Below are positions 9,855-18,484 of a stretch of 64,000 nucleotides of DNA, one piece after another. How positions within the stretch are numbered: position 1 is the first letter of the stretch; each line of letters starts with the position of its first letter. The stretch is from the NCBI RefSeq assembly GCF_019203965.1, contig NZ_CP076448.1, positions 3,277,282 through 3,341,281 of the forward strand, in the 5' to 3' direction. The position numbers and the translations under genes were made by a program. Source of the DNA: Elioraea tepida. GTDB lineage: Bacteria > Pseudomonadota > Alphaproteobacteria > Acetobacterales > Acetobacteraceae. The notes beneath the pieces were generated by a model that had not been told where the DNA came from, did no database searches, and saw nothing but the letters and a program-made list of their open reading frames with translations.

Positions 9855-10696
9855 GCATGCCCGAGATCCATCCCTCCGCGATCGTCGACCCTTCTGCGAG
9901 GCTCGGGGAGGGAGTGCGAATCGGGCCCTTCTGCATCGTCGGGCCGAACGTGACGCTTGGGGCCGGCACGACGCTCATCAGCCACGTCGTCGTCGAGGGC
10001 CACACGGAGCTTGGCGAGGGGGTGACGGTGCATCCCTTCGCGACCATCGGCCTTGCGCCACAGCATCTCGGCTATCGCGGCGAGCCGACCCGCACCGAGA
10101 TCGGCCCGCGCACGGTGATCCGCGAGCACGTCACCATCCACCGCGGCACGCCGATCGGCACCGGCGTGACCAAGGTGGGGGCCGATTGCCTCCTGATGTG
10201 CGTCACCCACATCGCCCATGACTGCGCGATCGGCGACCGGGTGATCTTCGCCAACAACGCCGTGCTCGGCGGCCATGTCACGGTCGGCGACAACGCCGTG
10301 ATCGGCGGCGCGGCGGCGATCCACCAATGGGTGAGGGTCGGCCGCCAGGCTATGGTCGGCGGCGCCTCCGGCGTGGAGGGGGACGTGATCCCGTTCGGGT
10401 CGGTGATCGGCAACCGGGCGCGGCTCGCAGGGCTCAACGTGATCGGGCTCAAGCGCCGCGGCTTCGACCGCGCCCAGATCCACCGCTTGCGCGCGGCGTT
10501 CAAGCTCCTGTTCCGGGACGAGCACGGCACGCTTGAGACCCGGCTCGCCGAAGCCCGGCAGCGCTTCGCGGGCGACCCGCTCGTCGAGGAGGTGCTCGCC
10601 TTCATGACCGCCGAGAGCCACCGCCCGCTCTGCCGCGCGGTTCCGCCGGACGATCTCGATCTTGGCGCCGAGGAGCCGGTCGAGTCTGCCGCCTGA
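9851..10696 (+). CDS. lpxA: Acyl-ACP--UDP-N-acetylglucosamine O-acyltransferase
   Basis: [34 protein letters not shown] hexapeptide repeats and a C-terminal LpxA helical domain. ATGA overlap with fabZ. Confidence 0.9.
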   Translation: [281 protein letters not shown]

Positions 10697-10703
10697 GCCG
10701 CTC

Positions 10704-11525
10704 ATGCCCGGCACGCTCGGCATCATCGCCGGCGGCGGGCCCATGCCCGCGCGTCTTGCCGCCGCCGTCGCCGCGACAGGCCGGCCCGTGTTCGTTCTCG
10801 GGCTCGAGGGCCATGTCGATCGCGCCGCGGTCGCCTCCTTCCCGCACCGCGTGGTTCGCCTCGGGGCCGCCGGCGAGGCGCTCGCCGCGTTGCGCGGCGC
10901 GGGCGTTGACGAGATCGTCCTGATCGGCCCGGTGAAGCGCCCCTCGCTACTGACGCTGATGCCGGATTCGGAAGGGGCGAAGATCCTCGCACGCATCGGC
11001 CGCGCCGCCTTCGCCGGCGACGACGGGCTTCTGGCGGCCGTGATCCGCGTTCTCGAGGAGGAAGGGTTCCGGGTGCGCGGCGTGCAGGAGGTGATGGCCG
11101 GCCTCACCGCTCCAGAGGGCGTGCTCGGCCGGGTCTCCCCGACACCGGAAGCGGAGGCTGACATACGCCGCGGTGTGGCGGTCGCGCGGGCGCTCGGCGC
11201 GGTCGATGTCGGCCAGGCCGTTGTGGTCCAGCAGGGGATCGTTCTTGCCGTCGAGGCGGCCGAGGGAACGGACGCACTGCTCGCGCGCTCGGCCTCGCTT
11301 CGCCGCGCGGGGCCGCCCGGCGTGCTTGTCAAGCTCGCCAAGCCCGGCCAGGAGGCAAGGGCCGATCTGCCCACCATCGGCGTGCGTACCGTCGAGGGAG
11401 CGGCGCGGGCAGGGCTTGCGGGGATTGCGATCGAGGCAGGGCTGACGCTCCTGCCCGAGCGCGAGGCGACGATCGCCGCGGCGGACGAGCTCGCCCTGTT
11501 CCTGGTCGCGCGGCGGTTCGGGTGA
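10704..11525 (+). CDS. lpxI: UDP-2,3-diacylglucosamine hydrolase LpxI (DUF1009 family)
   Basis: MPGTLGIIAGGGPMPARLA... glycine-rich N-terminus. It occupies the alphaproteobacterial lpxA-lpxI position. Confidence 0.8.
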   Translation: MPGTLGIIAGGGPMPARLAAAVAATGRPVFVLGLEGHVDRAAVASFPHRVVRLGAAGEALAALRGAGVDEIVLIGPVKRPSLLTLMPDSEGAKILARIGRAAFAGDDGLLAAVIRVLEEEGFRVRGVQEVMAGLTAPEGVLGRVSPTPEAEADIRRGVAVARALGAVDVGQAVVVQQGIVLAVEAAEGTDALLARSASLRRAGPPGVLVKLAKPGQEARADLPTIGVRTVEGAARAGLAGIAIEAGLTLLPEREATIAAADELALFLVARRFG

Positions 11526-11591
11526 GGCCTCGGCCGAACGTTCCGGGCAAGTGCTGACCCTTGGTTCCTGCTGGCGAGCCGTGCCTCGATC

Positions 11592-12812
11592 ATGGGCGGC
11601 CGCAACAGGAGTGTCATCCCCGACCAGGTTCCCAGACGGCAGGGGCCGCGCCAGGGTTCGCCGATAGCAGAAGACCTTGGCAGCGCCGATCTCGCCGTTG
11701 TTGGCGCAGGGATTGTCGGGCTTGCGTATGCTCTTGCGGCGGCGCGAGCAGGGTTGTCCGTCGTCGTGCTCGACCGCGAGGCGCGCGCCAACAGTGCGAG
11801 CGTGCGCAGTTTCGGTGTCGTCACGGTCACCGGTCAGGCGCCTGGGGAGACCTGGCGTCGCGCCCGCCGCTCCCGCGAGGTCTGGGCTGAGGTCGCGCCC
11901 CGCGCCGGCATCCCCATCCTGCAGCGCGGCCTCGTTCTCGCCTGCCGCCGGGAGGAGGCGCTTGCGGTAGCGGAACAGTTTGTCGCAGGACCGATGGGGG
12001 CCGGCTGCCGCCTGTTCTCGCCTCGCGAGATGGAGGACTTCGGAGTGTTCGCCCCGGGGCTCGCCGGCGGGCTCCACTCGCCGCACGAGCTCCGCGTCGA
12101 GCCGCGCGAGGCGCTGCCGCGCCTCGCCGCGTGGCTCGAGACGGAGCATGGCGTCCGGTTTCTGTGGCGGACGCATGTGCGCGAGGTTGCCCCGCCGGTG
12201 ATCGAGACGAGCGGGGGCAGGCTTCGCGCCGCGCATGCGGTCGTCTGCCCCGCAAACGATTTCCTGTCGCTGTTTCCGGAGGCGATCGAGCGGCACGGGC
12301 CGGTGCGCTGCAAGCTCTCGATGCTCCGCCTGCCCGATCCGGGCTGGCTGCTGCCGGCGTCCGTGATGAGCGATCTTGGCCTCGTGCGCTACCAGGGCTA
12401 TGCCGGGCTGCCGGGAGTTCCCATGCTCCGCGCCCGGCTCGAGGCGGAACAGGCGGACGCCCTCGCCGACGGCATTCACCTGATCGCGGTCCAGTCGGCG
12501 GACGGGTCGCTCGTGGTGGGCGACAGCCATCACTACGGCGACACGCCCGACCCGTTCATGGACGCGGCGGTGGAGGCGCGAATTCTCGAGGAGGCGCGCT
12601 CTGTGCTTCGCCTGCCCAGTGACGCACGGCCCGTCGAGCGCTGGATCGGCGAGTATCCATCCGCCCGCGTGCCGGCCTTCATCGCGGCACCCCTGCCAAC
12701 TGTCCGGGTGGTTATGGTGACCTCCGGCACAGGGATGAGCACCGCTTTCGCGCTCGCCGAAGAGGCGCTCGCCGACCTCGTCGGCCTGCCCGCGCCGGTG
12801 CTCGCTGCCTGA
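11592..12812 (+). CDS. FAD-dependent oxidoreductase (DAO family, TIGR03364-like) associated with phosphonate catabolism
   Basis: N-terminal dinucleotide fold DLAVVGAGIVGLAYALAAARAGLSVVVLDRE. Sits directly upstream of phnX, with no phnW in the locus. Confidence 0.75.
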   Translation: MGGRNRSVIPDQVPRRQGPRQGSPIAEDLGSADLAVVGAGIVGLAYALAAARAGLSVVVLDREARANSASVRSFGVVTVTGQAPGETWRRARRSREVWAEVAPRAGIPILQRGLVLACRREEALAVAEQFVAGPMGAGCRLFSPREMEDFGVFAPGLAGGLHSPHELRVEPREALPRLAAWLETEHGVRFLWRTHVREVAPPVIETSGGRLRAAHAVVCPANDFLSLFPEAIERHGPVRCKLSMLRLPDPGWLLPASVMSDLGLVRYQGYAGLPGVPMLRARLEAEQADALADGIHLIAVQSADGSLVVGDSHHYGDTPDPFMDAAVEARILEEARSVLRLPSDARPVERWIGEYPSARVPAFIAAPLPTVRVVMVTSGTGMSTAFALAEEALADLVGLPAPVLAA

Positions 12813-12815
12813 CCG

Positions 12816-13637
12816 ATGCCACCGCCTCCCTATGCTGGGCCGATCCGCGCCGTCGTGCTCGACTGGGCGGGAACGGTCGTCGATCACGGCTCGCGCGCGC
12901 CGATGGCGGCCTTCGTCCGCGCCTTCGCCCGTTTCGGCGTCGAGATCACCATCGCCGATGCACGCGCGCCGATGGGATTGCCGAAGTGGGACCATATCTG
13001 GGCCGTCGGCACCGCGCCTGCCGTTGCCGCCACCTGGCGCGAGCGGCACGGGCGGGACTTCTCCCGCGCGGATGCGGATGCGATCTTCGCCGTGTTCGAG
13101 CCGATGACGGTCGCCGCGGTGCGCGATCACGCCGATCTCATCCCGGGCACCGTCGAGGCGGTGGCGGCGCTGCGGGCGAGGGGGATCCGCATCGGCAGCA
13201 CCACAGGCTACACGCGGCCGATCATGGAGGTGCTCGCGCCGCTCGCTGCGGCCGCCGGCTATGTGCCGGACACGCTCGTCTGCGCCGGCGATCTCGCCGC
13301 CGGGCGGCCGACACCGCTGATGATGTATCGCTGCTTCGCCGATCTCGGCGTGTGGCCTGCCGCGGCGGTGGTGAAGGTTGATGACACCGCGCCGGGGATC
13401 GCCGAGGGGCTTGCTGCCGGGAGCTGGACCGTCGGCGTCGCTCTGACAGGGAACGCCGCGGGCCTGTCGGCCGCGGAACTTGCCGCGCTCGGGCCGCAGG
13501 AGCGCTCGGCCCTGCGCGCGCGTGCCACGGCCGAGCTCGAAGCGGCAGGCGCACACCTTGTGATCGACAGCATCGCCGATCTTCCCGCCGCGGTGGATGC
13601 GCTCTCGGCCCGGCTGCTCCGCGGCGAGCAGCCCTGA
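12816..13637 (+). CDS. phnX: Phosphonoacetaldehyde hydrolase (phosphonatase)
   Basis: HAD motif I VVLDWAGTVVD, catalytic-Lys context APMGLPK, and IGSTTGYTR and AGRPTPLMM motifs matching bona fide PhnX. Confidence 0.85.
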   Translation: MPPPPYAGPIRAVVLDWAGTVVDHGSRAPMAAFVRAFARFGVEITIADARAPMGLPKWDHIWAVGTAPAVAATWRERHGRDFSRADADAIFAVFEPMTVAAVRDHADLIPGTVEAVAALRARGIRIGSTTGYTRPIMEVLAPLAAAAGYVPDTLVCAGDLAAGRPTPLMMYRCFADLGVWPAAAVVKVDDTAPGIAEGLAAGSWTVGVALTGNAAGLSAAELAALGPQERSALRARATAELEAAGAHLVIDSIADLPAAVDALSARLLRGEQP

Positions 13638-13646
13638 GGCTGCGAA

Positions 13647-13675
13647 CGTCATCTTTTTGAAACGTAATCGTCACG
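13647..13675. promoter_or_regulatory. AT-rich element (cgtcatctttttgaaacgtaatcgtcacg) in the phnX-transporter intergenic region; possible operator/promoter
   Basis: The only AT-rich island in a ~70% GC context, 80 nt upstream of the AEP binding-protein ATG. It contains spaced GTCA half-sites loosely reminiscent of Pho-box or LysR-type sites. Inference only. Confidence 0.25.
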
Positions 13676-13755
13676 CACCTGTCGCGATCGGTGAGAGAGA
13701 GTGGGGGGCGGCGTCCGCTCCGGGCGCCACGTCCACACCACCCCGGGGGTCAGCC

Positions 13756-14781
13756 ATGCTTCGTCGCACGCTTCTTGCCGCCGCAACGCTCGCGCTCGTC
13801 ATGCTGGCCGCCGACGCCTCCGGCCAGCGCACGCGGCTTACCGTCTACACCGCGCTTGAGAACGAGCAGCTTCCCGTGTTCAAGCAGGCGGCGGAGGCGG
13901 CGATCCCCGGGCTCGAGATCGTCTGGGTGCGCGACAGCACAGGCGTGATCACGACCCGCTTGCTCGCCGAGAAGGACAACCCGCGCGCGGATGCGATCTG
14001 GGGCCTCTCCGTCTTCAGCCTCAAGCGTCTCGAGGCGGATGACATGCTCCTTCCCTACACCCCCGCGGGCGCCGAGGCGCTGAGGCCGCAGTTCCGGTCC
14101 GACCGCTCGCCGATGACCTGGGTGGGCTTGGACGCATTCGTTTCTGCCGTGTGCTTCAACACCGTGGTGGCGCGGCAGCGCAACCTGCCCACCCCGCGCA
14201 CCTGGGCCGACCTGCTGAACCCTGTCTATCGCGGGCTGATCGCGATGCCGAACCCGGCCTCCTCCGGCACCGGCCTGCTCACCGTCGCCGGCTGGCTCGG
14301 CACGCAGGGAGAGGAGCAGGCCTGGGCCTTCATGACCCGCCTGCACGAGAACATCGCCGTCTACACCCACAGCGGCTCGGCACCCTGCAACAACGCCGCG
14401 CGCGGCGAATACGCGATCGGCCTCTCCTTCGACATGCGAGCGGTGACGCTGAAGAACCAGGGAGCGCCGATCGAGATCATCGTGCCTACCGACGGTGTGG
14501 GTTTCGACCTCGAGGGGGCGGCCATTCTGCGCGGCACGCGCCAGGAGGCGATGGCGAAGAGGCTGATGGACTTCGCGGTGAGCCGCCCCGCGATGGAGCT
14601 CTACGGTCGCTACTACGCGCTGCTCGGCCTTCCGGGCGTGACGCCGTCGGTGCAGGGCTATCCGCCCGAGTTCGCCGAGCGCCTTGCCAAGGTCGATTTC
14701 GCTACTGTGGCGGCGAACCGTGACCACATCCTCGCCGAGTGGGCGCGTCGGTTCGACGCCAAGTCGGCACCGCGGAACTGA
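13756..14781 (+). CDS. 2-aminoethylphosphonate ABC transporter, periplasmic substrate-binding protein
   Basis: Start chosen at MLRRTLLAAATLALVMLAADASGQ (signal peptide). Iron/AEP-type SBP fold. Genomic context with phnX and the ABC ATPase/permease. Confidence 0.75.
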   Translation: MLRRTLLAAATLALVMLAADASGQRTRLTVYTALENEQLPVFKQAAEAAIPGLEIVWVRDSTGVITTRLLAEKDNPRADAIWGLSVFSLKRLEADDMLLPYTPAGAEALRPQFRSDRSPMTWVGLDAFVSAVCFNTVVARQRNLPTPRTWADLLNPVYRGLIAMPNPASSGTGLLTVAGWLGTQGEEQAWAFMTRLHENIAVYTHSGSAPCNNAARGEYAIGLSFDMRAVTLKNQGAPIEIIVPTDGVGFDLEGAAILRGTRQEAMAKRLMDFAVSRPAMELYGRYYALLGLPGVTPSVQGYPPEFAERLAKVDFATVAANRDHILAEWARRFDAKSAPRN

Positions 14782-14816
14782 GGTGCGGCAACGACTCCGG
14801 GGCGCGTGACGCGGCC

Positions 14817-15959
14817 ATGGACGCATCCGCGGAGGCATCGGCGAAGGCGGGCGCTTCGGTGAGCGTTTCGCGCCCTGAAGCCTCCGCCGATGACTCCTAT
14901 CTCGCCATTCGGCGCCTCACGAAACGGTTCGGCACCTTCACCGCTCTCGACGACATTTCGCTCACGATCCGGCGCGGCGAGTTCGTCTGCTTCCTCGGGC
15001 CTTCGGGCTGCGGCAAGACGACGCTCCTGCGTGCCATCGCCGGGCTCGAGCCGCAGGACGAGGGAACGATCGTCCAGGACGGGCGCGACATCTCGGCGCT
15101 GCCGCCATCGCGCCGGGATTTCGGGATCGTGTTCCAGTCCTACGCCCTCTTCCCCAACATGACCGTGCTCGCCAATGTCGGCTATGGCCTCGCCGCACAG
15201 GGAAAGAGCCGGGCTTTTGTGGAGAACCGGGCGCGCGAGCTCCTGTCGCTTGTGGGTCTTGCCGACCAGTGGTGGAAGTATCCGGCGCAGCTCTCGGGAG
15301 GGCAGCAGCAGCGCGTCGCGCTCGCGCGGGCGCTTGCGATCAGCCCCGGCCTGCTTCTGCTCGACGAGCCGCTCTCCGCGCTCGATGCGCTCGTGCGTGT
15401 CCACCTCCGCGCCGAGATCAAGGCGCTGCAGCGTCGCCTCGGCATCACCACGGTGATGGTCACGCACGACCAGGAGGAAGCACTCTCGATCGCCGACAGG
15501 ATCGTGGTGATGAACCGCGGCCGTATCGAGCAGGTCGGCACGCCTGATGCGGTCTACCGGCGGCCGGAGAGCCTGTTCGTCGCGGGCTTCGTCGGGCGGA
15601 TGAACAGCCTGCCCGGAACGGTGGTCGACTCCTCGACGGTCGCGATCGGCGCGGTTCGGCTCGCGGCGGAGGCCGCTGCGCGCTTCCCCTCCGGAGCGGC
15701 GGTGCAGGTCTGCATCCGGCCGGAAGACGTGCAGCTTGACCGTCCGGGACTTGCGGGGACGCGCCTTGCTGCCACCGTCCGCGGCCTCGAGTATCTCGGC
15801 TCGATCACGCGAATCCCCCTCGAGGCGGCCGGCCTGCCGCTGACGGCAGAGCTGCCCGATACGGCGTTGCGTTCGCTCGCGCCCGAGCCCGGCGGGTCGC
15901 TCACGGTCGTGCTGTCGCCGGATCGGGTGCTGCTCTTCCCCCGCCCGGGCGAAGCCTGA
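14817..15959 (+). CDS. 2-aminoethylphosphonate ABC transporter, ATP-binding protein
   Basis: Walker A GPSGCGKTT, signature LSGGQQQRVALARAL, Walker B LLLDEPLSALD, plus a C-terminal TOBE-like domain. Confidence 0.8.
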   Translation: MDASAEASAKAGASVSVSRPEASADDSYLAIRRLTKRFGTFTALDDISLTIRRGEFVCFLGPSGCGKTTLLRAIAGLEPQDEGTIVQDGRDISALPPSRRDFGIVFQSYALFPNMTVLANVGYGLAAQGKSRAFVENRARELLSLVGLADQWWKYPAQLSGGQQQRVALARALAISPGLLLLDEPLSALDALVRVHLRAEIKALQRRLGITTVMVTHDQEEALSIADRIVVMNRGRIEQVGTPDAVYRRPESLFVAGFVGRMNSLPGTVVDSSTVAIGAVRLAAEAAARFPSGAAVQVCIRPEDVQLDRPGLAGTRLAATVRGLEYLGSITRIPLEAAGLPLTAELPDTALRSLAPEPGGSLTVVLSPDRVLLFPRPGEA

Positions 15960-15964
15960 CCACG

Positions 15965-17671
15965 ATGCTGCCTTTGGCGGGAACGCTCGAGGCACCGGTC
16001 CGGGTCCGGCCGCAGCCCTCGGCCGACGACCACCTGCTCGCCGGCATCGTGCTGCTCGCGGGGCTGTTCCTCGCACTGGCGCTTGCCGCCCCGCTCGGCG
16101 CCCTGCTGCTCAAAAGCTTCCAGGACGACCGGGGCGGCTTCGTAGGTCTTGCGAACTATCTTCGCTACTTCGAAACGCCGGCCCTGATTGGCTCGCTTTG
16201 GAACAGCCTCTGGGTCGCCGCCGTCTCGACGGCGATCGTGCTGCCGCTCGCTTTCGGCTACGCCTATGCGCTCACGCGAAGCGCGATCCCGCTCAAAGCC
16301 CTGTTCCGCGCCATCGCCCTGATCCCGATCCTCGCCCCGTCGCTTCTGCCGGCGCTTGCGCTGATCTACCTCTTCGGCAACCAGGGCATGCTCAAGCCGC
16401 TCCTGATGGGTGGGACGATCTACGGGCCCGCCGGGATCATCGTCTCGCAGGTGTTCTACTGCTTTCCCCCGGCGGTGCTGATTCTCGCGACCGCTCTCTC
16501 GGGGGTAGATGCGCGCCTGTACGAAGCGGCCGAGGCGCTGAGGGCCTCGCGGATCCGCGTGCTCCGAACCGTCACCCTGCCGGCGGCGCGCTACGGCATG
16601 GTCTCGGCCGGGTTCGTGGTGTTCACGCTCGTGATCACCGATTTCGGCATCCCGAAGGTGATCGGCGGCTCGTTCAACGTGCTTGCAACCGATGTCTACA
16701 AGCAGGTGGTCGGGCAGCAGAACTTCCAGATGGGGGCCGTGGTCGGCATGGTGCTGCTCGCCCCCGCCGTGCTCGCCTTCGCGGCCGACCAGTGGGCGCA
16801 GCGTCGGCAGACCGCCACCGTCTCGGCCCGTGCGGTGCCCTATGTGCCGAAGCCGCGGCCGGGGCGTGACCTCCCGCTGCTTATCTTCTGCACCATCCTC
16901 TCGCTTCTCATGGTGGGGCTGATCGGGGTCGCCGCCTGGGGAAGCCTGATCACCTTCTGGCCTTGGAACCTTTCGCTCACGCTTGCCAATTACGACTTCG
17001 CCCGGTTCGACAGCGCCGGCTGGGGAAGTTGGTGGACCAGCGTGCGCATGGCGGCTTGGACGGCGGCGATCGGCGCGCCGCTCGTCTTCGTTTTCGCCTA
17101 CGGGATGGAACGGGCGAAGCGTCTGCCGGCGCTTGTGGGCCTCGTCCGCTTCGCGGCCACCGTTCCGCTTGCCGTGCCCGGGCTCGTGCTCGGAATCGCC
17201 TACATCCTCTTCTTCAACGCTCCCGAAAACCCGCTCGGGTTCCTCTACGGCACGCTCGCGATCCTTGTCCTCAACTCTCTCGTGCACTTCTACACGGTCG
17301 GGCATCTCGCCTCCGTAACGGCGCTGAAGCAGCTCGACCCCGAGTTCGAGAGCGTGGCCGCGAGCCTGAAGGTGCCGCTGTGGCGGACCTTCCTGGCGGT
17401 GACCCTGCCGATCTCCCTGCCCGTGCTGCTCGACGTCGCGATCTATCTCTTCGTCAACACGATGACCACGGTCTCGGCCGTGGTGTTCCTCTACGCTCCC
17501 GACATCAAGCCTGCGGCGGTCGCTCTCGTGCAGATGGACGAGGCGGGCCAGGCCTCGGCCGCGGCGGCGATGGCGATGACGATCCTTGCGACGTCGGCCG
17601 CCGTGAAGGGCCTGCATCTCGCGGCGGATCGTGCGCTCGCGCACCGAACCGAGGCGTGGCGCCGGGCCTGA
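15965..17671 (+). CDS. 2-aminoethylphosphonate ABC transporter permease (fused two-domain)
   Basis: 568-aa polytopic ORF containing two ABC-permease EAA-like loops. Immediately follows the ATPase. Confidence 0.8.
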   Translation: MLPLAGTLEAPVRVRPQPSADDHLLAGIVLLAGLFLALALAAPLGALLLKSFQDDRGGFVGLANYLRYFETPALIGSLWNSLWVAAVSTAIVLPLAFGYAYALTRSAIPLKALFRAIALIPILAPSLLPALALIYLFGNQGMLKPLLMGGTIYGPAGIIVSQVFYCFPPAVLILATALSGVDARLYEAAEALRASRIRVLRTVTLPAARYGMVSAGFVVFTLVITDFGIPKVIGGSFNVLATDVYKQVVGQQNFQMGAVVGMVLLAPAVLAFAADQWAQRRQTATVSARAVPYVPKPRPGRDLPLLIFCTILSLLMVGLIGVAAWGSLITFWPWNLSLTLANYDFARFDSAGWGSWWTSVRMAAWTAAIGAPLVFVFAYGMERAKRLPALVGLVRFAATVPLAVPGLVLGIAYILFFNAPENPLGFLYGTLAILVLNSLVHFYTVGHLASVTALKQLDPEFESVAASLKVPLWRTFLAVTLPISLPVLLDVAIYLFVNTMTTVSAVVFLYAPDIKPAAVALVQMDEAGQASAAAAMAMTILATSAAVKGLHLAADRALAHRTEAWRRA

Positions 17672-17674
17672 GGC

Positions 17675-18397
17675 TCAGAACTGGCCGCGCTGGAGGCGGA
17701 ACACGTCGGGGTTCAGCGGATCGGCCACGTAGGCGAGGCGGAGGCCGAAGGGGCGCGGCGCCGTCGGCGCCGCGTTCGCGGGCGGAGCGGCCGGCAGGAG
17801 CTGCAGCTGCACCATCCGCCCCTGCTCGTCGAGGCCGCGGAAGATGAGCGTTGAGCCGTCCGCGAGCAGAACCCCGCCTGCGACCGACCCTGCGCGCCAC
17901 GCAAGGGCGGCGAAGTGCTTCCTCAGCGCCTCCGCCGCGTTGATCAGCGCGTCCTGCCGGACCGTCGGGTCGGCGGGAGGGCCCCAGAGGATGGTGACCT
18001 GGATCAGCCGCTTCGTCTGGTGCCCGAGCGTGTAGGACACGCGCGCCGTGCCGGTGTCGGGGATCAGGTTCGGCACCGTGACGGTCAGCACCTGCGTGCG
18101 CTCAACCGGTGTCTGTTCGGAGACGATCCGTTCCGCTGCCTGCGGAAAATCGCGCCTTATGGCGGCACGCACCTCCGCCTCCGTCATGCCGAAGCGTGCG
18201 GAGCGGAACCCCTCGACAGCTGCGGCCTCCAGGGGGGGTGACTGTGCCGGCGGTGCGGCCGGAGAAGGGGGCGCGGGCTGCGTCTGCTGCGCCGCGGCTC
18301 GCGGCTGTGCCTGTGCGTCCGCCTGCGGGCGAGCAGATTGTGCAGCGGCAACGCCGGCTACCAGCAGGGCGAGGAGGACGGGAACGGAATGGCGCAT
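17675..18397 (-). CDS. Hypothetical exported protein (signal peptide plus Ala/Gln/Pro-rich linker)
   Basis: Minus-strand ORF starting at the ATG at 18397: MRHSVPVLLALLVAGVAAAQS..., then a PAQ-rich low-complexity stretch and a globular C-terminus. The upstream part of the 499-aa track ORF is antisense shadow of vgrG. Confidence 0.55.
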   Translation of the reverse strand: MRHSVPVLLALLVAGVAAAQSARPQADAQAQPRAAAQQTQPAPPSPAAPPAQSPPLEAAAVEGFRSARFGMTEAEVRAAIRRDFPQAAERIVSEQTPVERTQVLTVTVPNLIPDTGTARVSYTLGHQTKRLIQVTILWGPPADPTVRQDALINAAEALRKHFAALAWRAGSVAGGVLLADGSTLIFRGLDEQGRMVQLQLLPAAPPANAAPTAPRPFGLRLAYVADPLNPDVFRLQRGQF

Positions 18398-18484
18398 GGA
18401 CGCGACGATGCCCGATGCCGCGCGTGTGCGCCACCCGGGCGCGTGACGGGGCTGACTTCCCCGAGGTAGTCTCCGCGGAGGAGG

